Assembly (NCBI GenBank): GCA_027021335.1
Contig: JALUUO010000088.1
Span: 37,916-101,915, forward strand
Length of the DNA stretch: 64,000 nt
Reading direction: 5' to 3'
From: Nitrospirota bacterium
Lineage (GTDB): Bacteria; Nitrospirota; Thermodesulfovibrionia; SZUA-242
Numbering within the stretch: position 1 is the first letter of the stretch; each line of letters begins with the position of its first letter. Under the pieces are notes generated by a model that saw only the letters and a list, made by a program, of their open reading frames with translations, was not told where the DNA came from and ran no database searches. Of the stretch, positions 40,319 through 50,621 are shown piece after piece. Made by a program: the position numbers and the translations under genes.

Positions 40319-42001
40319 ATGAGCCGCAAGCTTAAAAACAAAATCCAGGCTATTCTCAAACGCGAGTCCGGCACAGTTTTCAAGGACCCGGGCGGACGAA
40401 TCAATATCGCCCTTGCATACCCAAACACCTACCGGGTCGGCATGTCTAACCTGGGTTTTCAAGGTATATACGGCTTTCTGAACTCGCATGACAATGTGGT
40501 TTGCGAACGTATTTTTCTGCCTGACAATAGTGATTTTGAAGAATACCGACGCGCTTCATCTCCGATTATAAGCATGGAGTCGCAACGGCCGCTTAACGAT
40601 TTTCATGTAGTCGCCTTTTCGGTTTCATATGAAAACGATTATCCCAATATCATTCGAATCCTTGACCTGGCCGGAGTTCCAAGACGAGCCACCAACCGGA
40701 CGGAACATCACCCGCTGCTGATTCTGGGGGGGATATGCACAGCTTACAATCCCGAGCCAGTGGCGGACTTCTTCGATGTTATCTTTATAGGTGAAGCAGA
40801 AAAAAGCCTTTCACTCTTCCTGGCATCCCTTGACTCAGCCGGGCTGCAACGGCGTTTACTGCTTTCCGAACTATCCGCTATAGAAGGGATATACGTGCCC
40901 TCACTCTACCAAGATATTTACGAAACCCATAACGATAAAGGCAACAACGCATTTCTTTATAAAACACCGATTAAAGAAGCACCCAGGCTGATAAAGAAAG
41001 GCTCGCCCGCAGACCTTGACAAAAGCCGGCTTGTAAGCATTATAAGCACAAAAGATGCTGAGTTTTCACAGATGTGTCTTATCGAGGCAATGCGGGGCTG
41101 TCCCTGGTCATGCAGGTTTTGCGTTGCATCGCACGTCTACCGGCCGGTCAGGTTCCGCAACAGAAAGGTTTTAAATGATATGATACAGGAGGCTTCCAAG
41201 CGGTTTCCAAAAATCGGACTTGTGGGGCCCTCCATGTCAGACTACCAGGGGATCGATGATTTAATACGCTTCGGCACAGTGAACTTTTCGATCTCATCCC
41301 TTCGTGCCTGGGGCAGAAGCAGAAAACTGATAAAAATCTTGGGCGATAAAGGCCAAAAAAGTCTTTCAATTGCGCCGGAAGCCGGATCAGAACGCATGCG
41401 CAGTGTCATTAAAAAGCATCTTACAGAAAAAGATATACTTGAAACCGCAGATCTGGTCCTTGCATATGGAGTATACCAGCTCCGCCTGTATTTCATGATA
41501 GGACTTCCGACCGAAACCGAATATGACGTTGATGCAATTGCAAAGCTTACCGTAAAAATCAGAAATATTCGAAAGGGAGGAACCGTTGTTTTATCCATAA
41601 GCTGTTTTGTCCCTAAACCCTTTACGCCATTTCAGTGGTTGGCCATGGATGAAGAGAAAAAACTTAAGAAAAAGCTGGCGCGCATCAAAAAACTGCTTAA
41701 AGGCGTATCCGGGGTTACAATTGTGCATGATCCGCCCAGAACTTCCTGTCTTGAGGCGTTTCTTTCAAAAGGTGACCGCAGGGTTTCAAAAGCCGTAGAA
41801 GCAATAGCCGAAAGTAAAGGGAAAAGCGGCGACTGGCGAAAAGCATCAATGCAGGCCGGAATCAACCCGGATATTTACGCCCACAGGAGAAGATCGTTTC
41901 AAGAGCATCTGCCGTGGGATTTTATAGACTCCGGAATCGACAAAACAGCCCTTGAACAGGAGTGCAGGAAAGCTCTTGGCCAAGATGTATTTTCTCGCTG
42001 A
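40319..42001 (+). CDS. Radical SAM protein with N-terminal B12-binding-like domain
   Basis: RGCPWSCRFC (CxxxCxxC), YPNTYRVGMSNLG, IAPEAGSER, YFMIGLP, FVPKPFTPFQW, LPWDFI. Confidence 0.9.
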   Translation: MSRKLKNKIQAILKRESGTVFKDPGGRINIALAYPNTYRVGMSNLGFQGIYGFLNSHDNVVCERIFLPDNSDFEEYRRASSPIISMESQRPLNDFHVVAFSVSYENDYPNIIRILDLAGVPRRATNRTEHHPLLILGGICTAYNPEPVADFFDVIFIGEAEKSLSLFLASLDSAGLQRRLLLSELSAIEGIYVPSLYQDIYETHNDKGNNAFLYKTPIKEAPRLIKKGSPADLDKSRLVSIISTKDAEFSQMCLIEAMRGCPWSCRFCVASHVYRPVRFRNRKVLNDMIQEASKRFPKIGLVGPSMSDYQGIDDLIRFGTVNFSISSLRAWGRSRKLIKILGDKGQKSLSIAPEAGSERMRSVIKKHLTEKDILETADLVLAYGVYQLRLYFMIGLPTETEYDVDAIAKLTVKIRNIRKGGTVVLSISCFVPKPFTPFQWLAMDEEKKLKKKLARIKKLLKGVSGVTIVHDPPRTSCLEAFLSKGDRRVSKAVEAIAESKGKSGDWRKASMQAGINPDIYAHRRRSFQEHLPWDFIDSGIDKTALEQECRKALGQDVFSR

Positions 42002-42086
42002 AGCTACTCGTATGGCTCTGCTTGATTTTTTGTGTTATCTTTTATGTAAGAAGCCTAAAAGAAACAGGCAGGAGCGCTAGAATAAT

Positions 42087-42923
42087 ATGTGGGAGTATAC
42101 TAAAAAAGTAAAAGATTTTTTCCTGCATCCTAAAAATGTGGGAGAAGTGGAGAATCCGGATGCCGTCGGCGAAGTCGGAAGCATGGTCTGCGGTGACGCC
42201 TTAAAACTCACTCTCAAAGTGGATAAGGCCACAGACAGAATTATCGACGCAAAGTTCCAGACTTTTGGATGCGCCTCAGCCATTGCAAGCTCGACAGCCC
42301 TGACCGAGTTAATAAAAGACAGAACCATAGACGAAGCACTCAAGGTAACAAACCAGGATATTGCCGAATACCTTGGCGGGTTGCCAAAAGAAAAGATGCA
42401 CTGCTCCGTAATGGGAATGGAGGCATTGGAGGCAGCAATAGCCGATTACAGGGGGGAAGATAAAAAATCCGTTGAGAAAAAAGAAGGTCTTGTCTGCGAG
42501 TGCTTCGATGTTTATGAAGATACTATAAGAAGGGTGGCGGCCGAAAACCACCTCACAACCGCAGAAGAGGTCACCTATTACACAAAAGCAGGAGGCGGCT
42601 GCGGCTCTTGTATCCCCAAAATAGAGGAAATTCTCAAAGATATGTGGTTTCCGGCAGAAAAACCAAAACCGCCCATCAAGCCCAAAAAACTCACCAATCT
42701 CCAGAAAATAGCGCTTATCCAGGATGTAATAGAAAAGGAAATACGTCCACGCCTTCAGGCTGACGGTGGAGATCTTGAGCTTATCGACATAGACGGCAAT
42801 AAGGTAATAATAGCGCTTAGAGCTATGTGCACAGATTGCAAGATGGCCGCCGTCACACTAAAAGATATCGAGCAAAAGCTGAGAACACTTGTAGTTCCGG
42901 ATATTGTAGTGGAGGCTGAATGA
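42087..42923 (+). CDS. nifU: Fe-S cluster scaffold NifU (IscU-like, BFD-like and Nfu domains)
   Basis: CGD, FGCASAIAS, KMHCS; CEC...GGGCGSC; DGGD...CTDC. Confidence 0.96.
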   Translation: MWEYTKKVKDFFLHPKNVGEVENPDAVGEVGSMVCGDALKLTLKVDKATDRIIDAKFQTFGCASAIASSTALTELIKDRTIDEALKVTNQDIAEYLGGLPKEKMHCSVMGMEALEAAIADYRGEDKKSVEKKEGLVCECFDVYEDTIRRVAAENHLTTAEEVTYYTKAGGGCGSCIPKIEEILKDMWFPAEKPKPPIKPKKLTNLQKIALIQDVIEKEIRPRLQADGGDLELIDIDGNKVIIALRAMCTDCKMAAVTLKDIEQKLRTLVVPDIVVEAE

Positions 42924-44080
42924 AAGAAAAACCTGTATATCTAGACAATAACGCAACAACCGCCATAGCGCCGGAAGTTCTGGATGAAATGCTCCCCTAC
43001 CTAAAGGAGTTCTATGGAAACCCATCCAGTATGCATACCTTTGGAGGGCAGCTTCACAAAAAACTGGAGGAAGCCAGAGAACGGGTCGCTGCTCTGATAG
43101 GAGCGGAACCTGGTGAGATAATCTTCACCAGCTGCGGCACAGAAAGCGACAACACAGCAATAATGAGTGCTGTTGATTCCAGGCGGGATAAAAGACATAT
43201 TGTCACCTCGTCGGTTGAACATCCAGCCGTCCTGAATTTCTCTAAACACCTGGCGAGAAAGGGGTATCGTGTCACCTTTTTACCTGTAAACAATCTTGGA
43301 CAACTCGACATGGATGCCTTCTTCAAAGCAATTGATGATGACGTCGCCGTAGTATCTATCATGTACGCCAATAATGAAACAGGGGTATTGTTTCCTATCG
43401 CTGAACTCGGCGCCGCACTTAGAGACCGGGGAATTATTTTTCATACGGACGCTGTTCAGGCCATAGGTAAACTTCCGATAAATGTAAAGGAATTGCCGGT
43501 GGATATGCTTGCCATATCAGGACATAAGCTTCACGCGCCTAAAGGCGTAGGCGCTCTTTACGTAAGAAAAGGCACAAGATTTGTTCCTTACATCTTCGGC
43601 GGACATCAGGAACACGGCAGACGTGCCGGCACGGAAAATATGGCGTCTATAATAGGGCTGGGCAAAACATGCGAGATTGCAAAAACTCATATAGACGAAG
43701 AGGCAACACGTGTGCAGGCAATGAGGGATAGGCTGGAAAAAGCACTTCTTGAGAAATGTCCGCAAGCAAGAGTAAACGGTGACACAAAAAACCGCCTGCC
43801 AAACACAACAAATATCAGCTTTGAGTTTGTCGAAGGCGAGGCAATACTTCTTAGGCTTGATGAGCACGGAATCTGTGCTTCCTCTGGTTCCGCATGCTCG
43901 TCTGGCTCGCTGGAACCAAGCCATGTGCTAAGAGCTATGGGCGTACCGTTTACCGCTATCCACGGCTCCATACGTTTCTCGATAAGCCGCTATAACACCA
44001 ATGAAGATATTGATAAAGTTATAGAAAAACTGCCGCCGATAATAAAAGAACTAAGAATATTGTCACCTTATGGACGATAA
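42920..44080 (+). CDS. nifS: Cysteine desulfurase NifS
   Basis: YLDNNATT, HTDAVQ, SGHKLH, SSGSACSS; translationally coupled to nifU. Confidence 0.96.
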   Translation: MKEKPVYLDNNATTAIAPEVLDEMLPYLKEFYGNPSSMHTFGGQLHKKLEEARERVAALIGAEPGEIIFTSCGTESDNTAIMSAVDSRRDKRHIVTSSVEHPAVLNFSKHLARKGYRVTFLPVNNLGQLDMDAFFKAIDDDVAVVSIMYANNETGVLFPIAELGAALRDRGIIFHTDAVQAIGKLPINVKELPVDMLAISGHKLHAPKGVGALYVRKGTRFVPYIFGGHQEHGRRAGTENMASIIGLGKTCEIAKTHIDEEATRVQAMRDRLEKALLEKCPQARVNGDTKNRLPNTTNISFEFVEGEAILLRLDEHGICASSGSACSSGSLEPSHVLRAMGVPFTAIHGSIRFSISRYNTNEDIDKVIEKLPPIIKELRILSPYGR

Positions 44081-44088
44081 ATATACTG

Positions 44089-45081
44089 TCACTCGGCCTT
44101 ATCAGCACCAGAATCAGGGTCAACAACCTCCAGCAGATTATCCTTCCTGGCGGAAATCAAGTCTTCTATCGTATATCCGGACACACGCACGTAAAAAGGT
44201 GACTCGGAAGACTTTACAACATAGGAGTTCTTCTCCTCGTCCTTGGCTCCGGCCTTAAGAGTTATATCCGAGCCGTCCGAGGTTTTTATGACGATAGAGA
44301 CAGACGGCTTCTCCATAGCGTAGGATTTCTGCTCCTGCCTGCCAAGGGGTTCCATCATGCGAATGGAAAGGGCTTTTCCAAGCAGTGTTTTCCAGGAAGA
44401 CTGATTTATTTTTTCATCATCTTTAAGACTATTTAAAGTCCAGGAGCCGTCTCCACTTTTTTCGAACTCCAGTCTGCCGTGGCTGTTTTCAATTGTAATG
44501 GCCGACACATTGTCCGCCTGCAGATCAAGATACTTGTGGTTCATCCATGTGGCAACCTCCGCCCCTACCTCCCAGGCGGCAATATCTTTTGTAAGGTAGA
44601 CCTCGTTTTGAATGCCGTTACGGATATGGACTTTTCTGTAGGCCGGTGAGGAACCGAGATAAAGCCTCTTAGGCTCGTCACCCGATACATACCGCATCTC
44701 TACCATGCGATTGTATTCATCCTCGGCAACCTTCAACCTCCGGTGGCTGGACTTTGTTTTTGCAACAAGAATTTTAGTGTTAAGAGAGGCAATCTTATCA
44801 AGCAGGCCATTGACCCTATCGTTATCAGCCGGGTAATTATCCTTGGAGGGAATCGTCCAGGATTCTCCGTTTTTTATCAACTCTAAACTCTTGCCGCCCT
44901 TAGATACAGGTTCGCTAAAAAGGGTCAGGCTGGTAATTCTGCCCTTCTCCAGATCTGCAAACAAAGGCTTTGGCTCTCCAGCGCTTGCTTGGGGTTTTGG
45001 CCAGTATACATAGACGACAAGGGCTGCTTGAAATAAAAGTATAGCCGCAAGAATTCTATTCAGTTTACTCATAACATTCAT
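44089..45081 (-). CDS. DUF4340-like exported accessory protein of the Gld-like ABC system
   Basis: N-terminal TM and two similar halves (W...PAD..V..LL); third gene of the ABC operon. Confidence 0.75.
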   Translation of the reverse strand: MNVMSKLNRILAAILLFQAALVVYVYWPKPQASAGEPKPLFADLEKGRITSLTLFSEPVSKGGKSLELIKNGESWTIPSKDNYPADNDRVNGLLDKIASLNTKILVAKTKSSHRRLKVAEDEYNRMVEMRYVSGDEPKRLYLGSSPAYRKVHIRNGIQNEVYLTKDIAAWEVGAEVATWMNHKYLDLQADNVSAITIENSHGRLEFEKSGDGSWTLNSLKDDEKINQSSWKTLLGKALSIRMMEPLGRQEQKSYAMEKPSVSIVIKTSDGSDITLKAGAKDEEKNSYVVKSSESPFYVRVSGYTIEDLISARKDNLLEVVDPDSGADKAE

Positions 45082-45093
45082 ACCTCCCGCGGT

Positions 45094-47991
45094 TTAATTA
45101 ATTTTAATCAGCTGCAGAGGTTTTTCCCGCCGCCGCCGGAAAGCTCCTATAAAGCTCACCACAATTAGTGCCGTAATGGCCACAGCATAATTTACGGCTT
45201 CCAGGGTGGTCTGGTACTCCCTGCTGGTAGGCTCTAACAAACGCGCGTGGGATTCCCGTGAGCGAATTCTTAACAGGTCTTCATCTTCAACAGACCAGTC
45301 TACAGTGTTTTGTAAAAACTGAAGGCTGTTAAGAAAACGGTCCTGACCTGTACTGCGGGATATACCCAAAATAGCATCGTTTATAAACTCGCCGCTTCCG
45401 ATCACAACAAGCCTCGAAGACTCGGGCGAGCGCCCTATGGTGGCAAGCAGAGCATCAGACTGTTTGTTGGTAGATTCCACATCGGAGTTTTCGCCGGTTT
45501 TTTCGGTGTCTGACGAACCGGTAGGAACTTCTTTATCTTTGAAGTAAGAGTCAAAACTACCTGTAATGGCGATGGCAAGAGCCCGTGCTTTTGTTTCTCC
45601 CGTCACCTTAAACCCTGACCCTGGAGAACTGCTGAAATCCGGCTGTATATTAATGCTCCCCTCCTGGATCCAAGAGTCCGGGCTCGAACGAAGAAGCACA
45701 AATACATCGCTATCACGGTTTTTCTCTTCATCCACCTTTATGGGCGATACCCAGTTCATGGTTACAGCCGGCAAACTGGAAACAACCGGGTGCTCAGCAG
45801 CCATTCCATCGCCCCGCACATCCACGAAAAACGGATAATTCACCTGTCTGACTTCACGCACCTGGAAAGCGCCTATACGGCGGATAACCGGTACTGGAAA
45901 AGGCTCATTCCGCTTATCCAGAACCAGGGCCTTCTGAATATCAACGCCGTAGTTAAGCAGCATATCTTCAATACCATCCTTAACCGGTTCAACAGAAAGT
46001 CCACCGCCCCTGAACGACTGGGGGGCAAGCCGGTACCTGCCGGCCGCGACAACAACAGCACCGCCGCGCATAAGATACTGATCCACAGCGTAGCGCTCGC
46101 GGTCCGTCATGCCTTGAGGCGCAAGCAGCACCAAGACGTCAATATCCCCAGGCACTCTTCCGGAAGTCAGGTCCAGATTCTTTAGGTTGTAATTCTGCCT
46201 TAGTTGTTGTTTAAAAAACTCATAGTTTGAAACCTCCTGCTGTCTTCCAAAACGAGGATCCTGCGCCGGTTGCGGCGGAGTCCAAAGACCAACGGTCTTC
46301 AGAAACCCTGATGCACCACGCTTAAGCGCAGCTTCTATTTCGTCACGCAAATCGGCCTCAGACATGCCCGCAGCAGGATAGATCCTCTGCATATCATCCC
46401 CAACCTGAAGCAACAGGTGCAGATAAAAAGTTTTGTTCGAAAACAGGGAAAACGCCATGGGCTGAAATCCATAACGCTCCGCAATGGCCCTGCGGTCCAT
46501 ACGGCTTCCCTCGGCATCCGGGTTAATCTGCTCGAATACGAATTTTCCTCCGGACTCTTTAATGAATTGACCCGCAACCTTTTCTATAGCGCTTGGCAGA
46601 CCGGAAAGCTCCTCAGGAAGGGTATCAGGAGTAATAAAGGCTGTGAGTTTTATTTCTTTGTCTATGTTTGCGAAGATCGAATCCACGCTTTGAAAACCGT
46701 ATACAACTTTTTTAATCGACCGCGTAAGATCGTATTCAAGATTTCTAAGTTTTACCTCCGGAGTACCGCCCCTCTGCAACTTAATATCTATAAGATCCCG
46801 GAATCCTAAGGTCACATGCTGATCACCGTACTTTATAAGAATATCGAAATACGAATTCACCACCGAGGCCTCGTAACGGCCTGAAACACGAAACGGCACC
46901 GGTTTTATTCCATAGTTTTGGTTCGCCTCGGCCTCGAGCTCCTCATCTTCTCTAGGATCAACGAACTCCACTTTAATCATACCGCCTGAGGCGACCCCGT
47001 ATTCCTTTATAAGATCACGTATGCCCGGCACCAGAGGAGCAAGAAGTGGATGTGTTTTGTCACTGAAGTAGCCACGAATCAAAAGCGGCTCAGTAAGGTT
47101 CGAAACAAGATCCCGTGTAGTTGGTGAGACACTGTACTGCCGGTTTTCAGTCAGATCAAGACGAAGCCCGTGCGCCGGAAAAATCCAGATGTTCACTGCA
47201 AGCAGATTAAAGCCGGAAAGTATCAGGGCCAGCATAGCTCCGCGCCTATAAGGCGCTGTAGCCTGGCCTGTGCTCCAGCGTTTTTTATCAAGAAACACAA
47301 CATTCATAGCCAGAAAAAAAGCTGTTATGGAAACATAATAGACAATATCCCTTAGATCGATTACACCGCGTTCAATGCTTTCAAACCGGCTTCCGGTACC
47401 CATGGCCCGAAGAATCTCGCCCGGCCTGTTGCCTGCCAGTCCGGCTATTTCTCTGGACCCGATAAGGTAGAAAATTCCACATAAAATAACGGTTGAGATA
47501 AGGGCTATGATTTGGTTGTCGGTTCTGGAAGACACGAAAAGTCCGATCGAAACATAAGCCGAAGCCAACAGTACGGCGCCAAGATATCCACCAAATACCG
47601 GACCCCAGTCCAGATTTCCAAGAAGCGAGGCTGTCACCGGCAAACCCATGGTCAGCAGTAATGCCACAACCACAAGACCTAGAACCGCCAAGTATTTTCC
47701 AAGCACCAAGTGGCTTATCCTTACAGGCAGAGTCAGAAGAACCTCGAGTGTCCCCATCTTCTGTTCTTCGCTCCACTGGCGCATGGTAAGGGCCGCAACC
47801 AGAAAAATAAGCAGAGTCGGCATCCAGCGAAACAGTGGACGCACATCCGCGATGTTTCTGGCAAAAAAGGTTTCAACCCAGAAGAAGCTAAACAAAGTGG
47901 CCATAAGAAAGGCGCCCAGAAAAATAGCCGCCATGGGCGAGCCGAAGTAGGAGTTAAATTCCTTTCGTGCAACCGCAAGCATCCTGCTCAT
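45094..47991 (-). CDS. Fused GldF-like ABC permease and GldG-like auxiliary domain
   Basis: ARKEFNSYF.SP, MRQWSEEQKMGTLEVLLTLP, RGVIDLRD, followed by RLDLTENRQYSVS, EYDLT, VDQYLMRGG, DWSVEDEDL..IR. Confidence 0.88.
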   Translation of the reverse strand: MSRMLAVARKEFNSYFGSPMAAIFLGAFLMATLFSFFWVETFFARNIADVRPLFRWMPTLLIFLVAALTMRQWSEEQKMGTLEVLLTLPVRISHLVLGKYLAVLGLVVVALLLTMGLPVTASLLGNLDWGPVFGGYLGAVLLASAYVSIGLFVSSRTDNQIIALISTVILCGIFYLIGSREIAGLAGNRPGEILRAMGTGSRFESIERGVIDLRDIVYYVSITAFFLAMNVVFLDKKRWSTGQATAPYRRGAMLALILSGFNLLAVNIWIFPAHGLRLDLTENRQYSVSPTTRDLVSNLTEPLLIRGYFSDKTHPLLAPLVPGIRDLIKEYGVASGGMIKVEFVDPREDEELEAEANQNYGIKPVPFRVSGRYEASVVNSYFDILIKYGDQHVTLGFRDLIDIKLQRGGTPEVKLRNLEYDLTRSIKKVVYGFQSVDSIFANIDKEIKLTAFITPDTLPEELSGLPSAIEKVAGQFIKESGGKFVFEQINPDAEGSRMDRRAIAERYGFQPMAFSLFSNKTFYLHLLLQVGDDMQRIYPAAGMSEADLRDEIEAALKRGASGFLKTVGLWTPPQPAQDPRFGRQQEVSNYEFFKQQLRQNYNLKNLDLTSGRVPGDIDVLVLLAPQGMTDRERYAVDQYLMRGGAVVVAAGRYRLAPQSFRGGGLSVEPVKDGIEDMLLNYGVDIQKALVLDKRNEPFPVPVIRRIGAFQVREVRQVNYPFFVDVRGDGMAAEHPVVSSLPAVTMNWVSPIKVDEEKNRDSDVFVLLRSSPDSWIQEGSINIQPDFSSSPGSGFKVTGETKARALAIAITGSFDSYFKDKEVPTGSSDTEKTGENSDVESTNKQSDALLATIGRSPESSRLVVIGSGEFINDAILGISRSTGQDRFLNSLQFLQNTVDWSVEDEDLLRIRSRESHARLLEPTSREYQTTLEAVNYAVAITALIVVSFIGAFRRRREKPLQLIKIN

Positions 47992-48929
47992 ACCGTAACA
48001 CCTCCCTCCTGCACGGCAAGTTCGTTGAATACCGATTCCAACGTTCTGACCTCGTTCTTTAACTCGGTAAGCCGCCAGCCGCTCCGGCAGGCAAGGTTAT
48101 AAACTTCAGGGCACATATCACCGGTACCTGCCCCACCCTTAAGCCGGTAAGAACTAAGCCCATCCTCCGTAGAAGCCAGGGATTCAACACTCTCAACGCC
48201 TGGAATTTCTTTAAGCGAGGAAACAACATTACCCGGAGCATCCGAAATGGTTACAACGGCTCCTGCTTTTGTCGAAAGCTCGGATAAGCGGGCATACGCC
48301 TTGATTCTGCCGTTCATAATTATGATCACCCGGTCACACGTGGCTTCCACCTCGGAAAGTATATGCGTGGATAGAAGCACGGTGCTTTTACCGGCAAGAC
48401 GCCGGATGAGACGGCGCACCTCCATGATTTGGGTGGGATCAAGTCCGCTTGTGGGCTCGTCAAGAATCAACAGCCCGGGCTTATGCAAAATGGCCTGGGC
48501 AAGGCCGACCCTCTGACGGTATCCCTTGCTCAACTGGCCTATGGGTCTGGTCAAGCGGTCGACAAGACCTGTGGCGTAAACAGCCTCTGAAATACACTCC
48601 AGCCGTCTGGCTCCATTTATGCCACGCAAATCCGCTATAAGCTGTAAATAAGACTGTACGGTAAGCTCAGGATACAAGGGGGCGTTCTCCGGGAGGTAAC
48701 CAATCTTTTGTTGAACTTCCATCGGAGATTCAAGCACATCCAGTCCATCTATTACCGCTGTTCCGGAATCCGGCTGCAGGTATCCTGTCAGGACTTTCAT
48801 AAGTGTGGTTTTTCCGGCTCCATTGGGTCCGAGAAGTCCGATAACCTCTCCGGTTCCAACGCTGAATGTCACGTCGGAGAGGGCCTTAACCGAGCCATAG
48901 GCCTTAGTAAGATTTCGCACATTAATCAT
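47988..48929 (-). CDS. ABC transporter ATP-binding protein (GldA-like)
   Basis: GPNGAGKTT, LSKGYRQRVG, ILDEPT, STHIL. Confidence 0.95.
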   Translation of the reverse strand: MINVRNLTKAYGSVKALSDVTFSVGTGEVIGLLGPNGAGKTTLMKVLTGYLQPDSGTAVIDGLDVLESPMEVQQKIGYLPENAPLYPELTVQSYLQLIADLRGINGARRLECISEAVYATGLVDRLTRPIGQLSKGYRQRVGLAQAILHKPGLLILDEPTSGLDPTQIMEVRRLIRRLAGKSTVLLSTHILSEVEATCDRVIIIMNGRIKAYARLSELSTKAGAVVTISDAPGNVVSSLKEIPGVESVESLASTEDGLSSYRLKGGAGTGDMCPEVYNLACRSGWRLTELKNEVRTLESVFNELAVQEGGVTV

Positions 48930-49118
48930 AATCTTGCACCTCTTACCAACGGAATGAATGAATTATATTGACTAAAATTATCATAATTTACTTTTTTTGA
49001 TTTTATTTGTCAAGAATACATTATCAAAATCAAATTAAACCGGCTTGTCGTCTGTCGTAAACCGGTCAACCCGGGGATTTAAGAAAGCAGAAGCCGGGTA
49101 AAAATTGCACTAGGCAGG

Positions 49119-49146
49119 TAAACTCGCCCAAAGCTTCTGCCGACAT
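49119..49146 (+). promoter_or_regulatory. Putative sigma28 (FliA) promoter of motAB
   Basis: TAAA-N16-GCCGACAT, ending 20 nt before the motA ATG; motAB is a classic sigma28 target. Confidence 0.65.
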
Positions 49147-49166
49147 AAGGATATAGAGCGTTTATC

Positions 49167-49952
49167 ATGTCTACCATTATCGGTATTACAGCAGGCATGG
49201 CCCTTTTATTTGCGGCTATAGTACAGCAGGGTGGTTTCTCTGTGTTTTTCAATATCCACGCCTTGATGATCGCATTAGGTGGAACCTTTGCCGCTACATT
49301 CATCAGCTTTCCATTACCCCAAGTGATGCGCACCTTCGGCATTCTCTTTAATGTATTTCGTTCTGATGTTGAAAGTCCCCTTGATTATATCCGTCAGATT
49401 ATCGGCCTTTCCATCAAGGCCCGGCGTAACTCGGTTCTCAGCCTTGAAGAAAACGCCAAACTTGCCAAGCATAGATTTCTCAGGGTTGGGCTTGAAATGG
49501 TGATTGACGGACATGAGCCGGAAACAATTCGAGAAGTGCTTGAAACAGAGATAGAGTTCATGATGGACCGGCACTCTGCAGGCGCAAAAATCTTCCGTAC
49601 AGCGGGCCGTTACGCCCCAGCCTTCGGGTTGATAGGCACGTTAATAGGTCTTATAGCCATGCTTCGCGCAGTAGCCGCCGGAGGCAATAATGTAAAGGCG
49701 ATCGGCTCAGGCATGGCTGTGGCTCTGGTTACCACCTTTTACGGGGCACTTCTTGCCAACCTTTTTTTCTATCCGGTAGCTGAAAAACTGCGCTCAAGAA
49801 CCAGTGAGGAGATACTTCTTGGCAGAGTAATTCTGGATGGTGTCTTGCTGCTGCAACAGGGCACAAATCCAAGAGTTATAGAGAAAAAGCTGAATGCGCA
49901 TCTGCCGCCCTACATGCGCCGGCAGTATGATTTTCAGGGGAAAATAGAATGA
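49167..49952 (+). CDS. motA: Flagellar stator A subunit (MotA/PomA)
   Basis: GGT, ARRNSVLSLEE, APAFGLIGTLIGL, MAVALVTTFYG. Confidence 0.93.
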   Translation: MSTIIGITAGMALLFAAIVQQGGFSVFFNIHALMIALGGTFAATFISFPLPQVMRTFGILFNVFRSDVESPLDYIRQIIGLSIKARRNSVLSLEENAKLAKHRFLRVGLEMVIDGHEPETIREVLETEIEFMMDRHSAGAKIFRTAGRYAPAFGLIGTLIGLIAMLRAVAAGGNNVKAIGSGMAVALVTTFYGALLANLFFYPVAEKLRSRTSEEILLGRVILDGVLLLQQGTNPRVIEKKLNAHLPPYMRRQYDFQGKIE

Positions 49953-50584
49953 TAAAAAAACTTTGGGAAAACAATCCCGACGACAGCGGCTGGCTGGTTA
50001 CCTACGGTGACATAATGACACTTCTACTGTCGTTTTTTGTTCTTCTGTTTGCTCTTTCTTCTATGGATGATTTTTTGTATAACGAGATTCTTATTTCCCT
50101 AAAAGAGTCTGTAGGATTCAGTGAAAGCAGGCTTACGGCTGATAGCAGGGTTATTCCAACAATCGAGCGCATTATAGAACTGCAAGGCTTGGCAAATAAC
50201 GTGGAAGTGCTGGCTGAGCGAAACGAAGTGAGAATTTTTGGGACTGACAGCGTCTTTTTCGAGGCCGGTTCAGCCGATATTCATCCTAACGCCGCCCTGT
50301 TTCTTAAGGCTGTAGCCGGTGTAATAAAACAACTTCATCATTCAGTCCAGGTGGAAGGACATACAGACGACCTGGATAGCAGCCAAGGCAAGTTTGCTTC
50401 CAACTGGGAGCTTTCCACAGCCAGGGCTGCCGCCGTAGTAGGTTTTCTTGAAAAGGAAGGAGTAGAACCAGACAGGTTGTCGGCTGTTGGTTTTGCCCAG
50501 TATAAACCACGGTATCCACCCACTCCGGAAAACAGAGTCAGAAACAGAAGGGTCGAAATTGTGCTTAAATCCCGGAAAATATAA
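49949..50584 (+). CDS. motB: Flagellar stator B subunit (MotB/PomB)
   Basis: WLVTYGDIMTLLLSFFVLL; OmpA-like domain VEGHTD, NWELSTARA, NRRVEI. Confidence 0.93.
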   Translation: MIKKLWENNPDDSGWLVTYGDIMTLLLSFFVLLFALSSMDDFLYNEILISLKESVGFSESRLTADSRVIPTIERIIELQGLANNVEVLAERNEVRIFGTDSVFFEAGSADIHPNAALFLKAVAGVIKQLHHSVQVEGHTDDLDSSQGKFASNWELSTARAAAVVGFLEKEGVEPDRLSAVGFAQYKPRYPPTPENRVRNRRVEIVLKSRKI

Positions 50585-50621
50585 CTATTGCCAAAATTAT
50601 TTTTTGAGCAAACAACTTACA

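Noticed and set aside
40147-40428. 93-aa minus-strand ORF
   Set aside because: It combines the antisense of the radical SAM 5' end with the IS5 fragment; not a credible gene
49167-50584. motAB as a Zorya ZorAB defence system or ExbBD/TolQR
   Set aside because: MotA is normal length with no long ZorA tail, no zorC/D/E lies nearby, rotor-contact residues are present, and MotB has an OmpA-like domain
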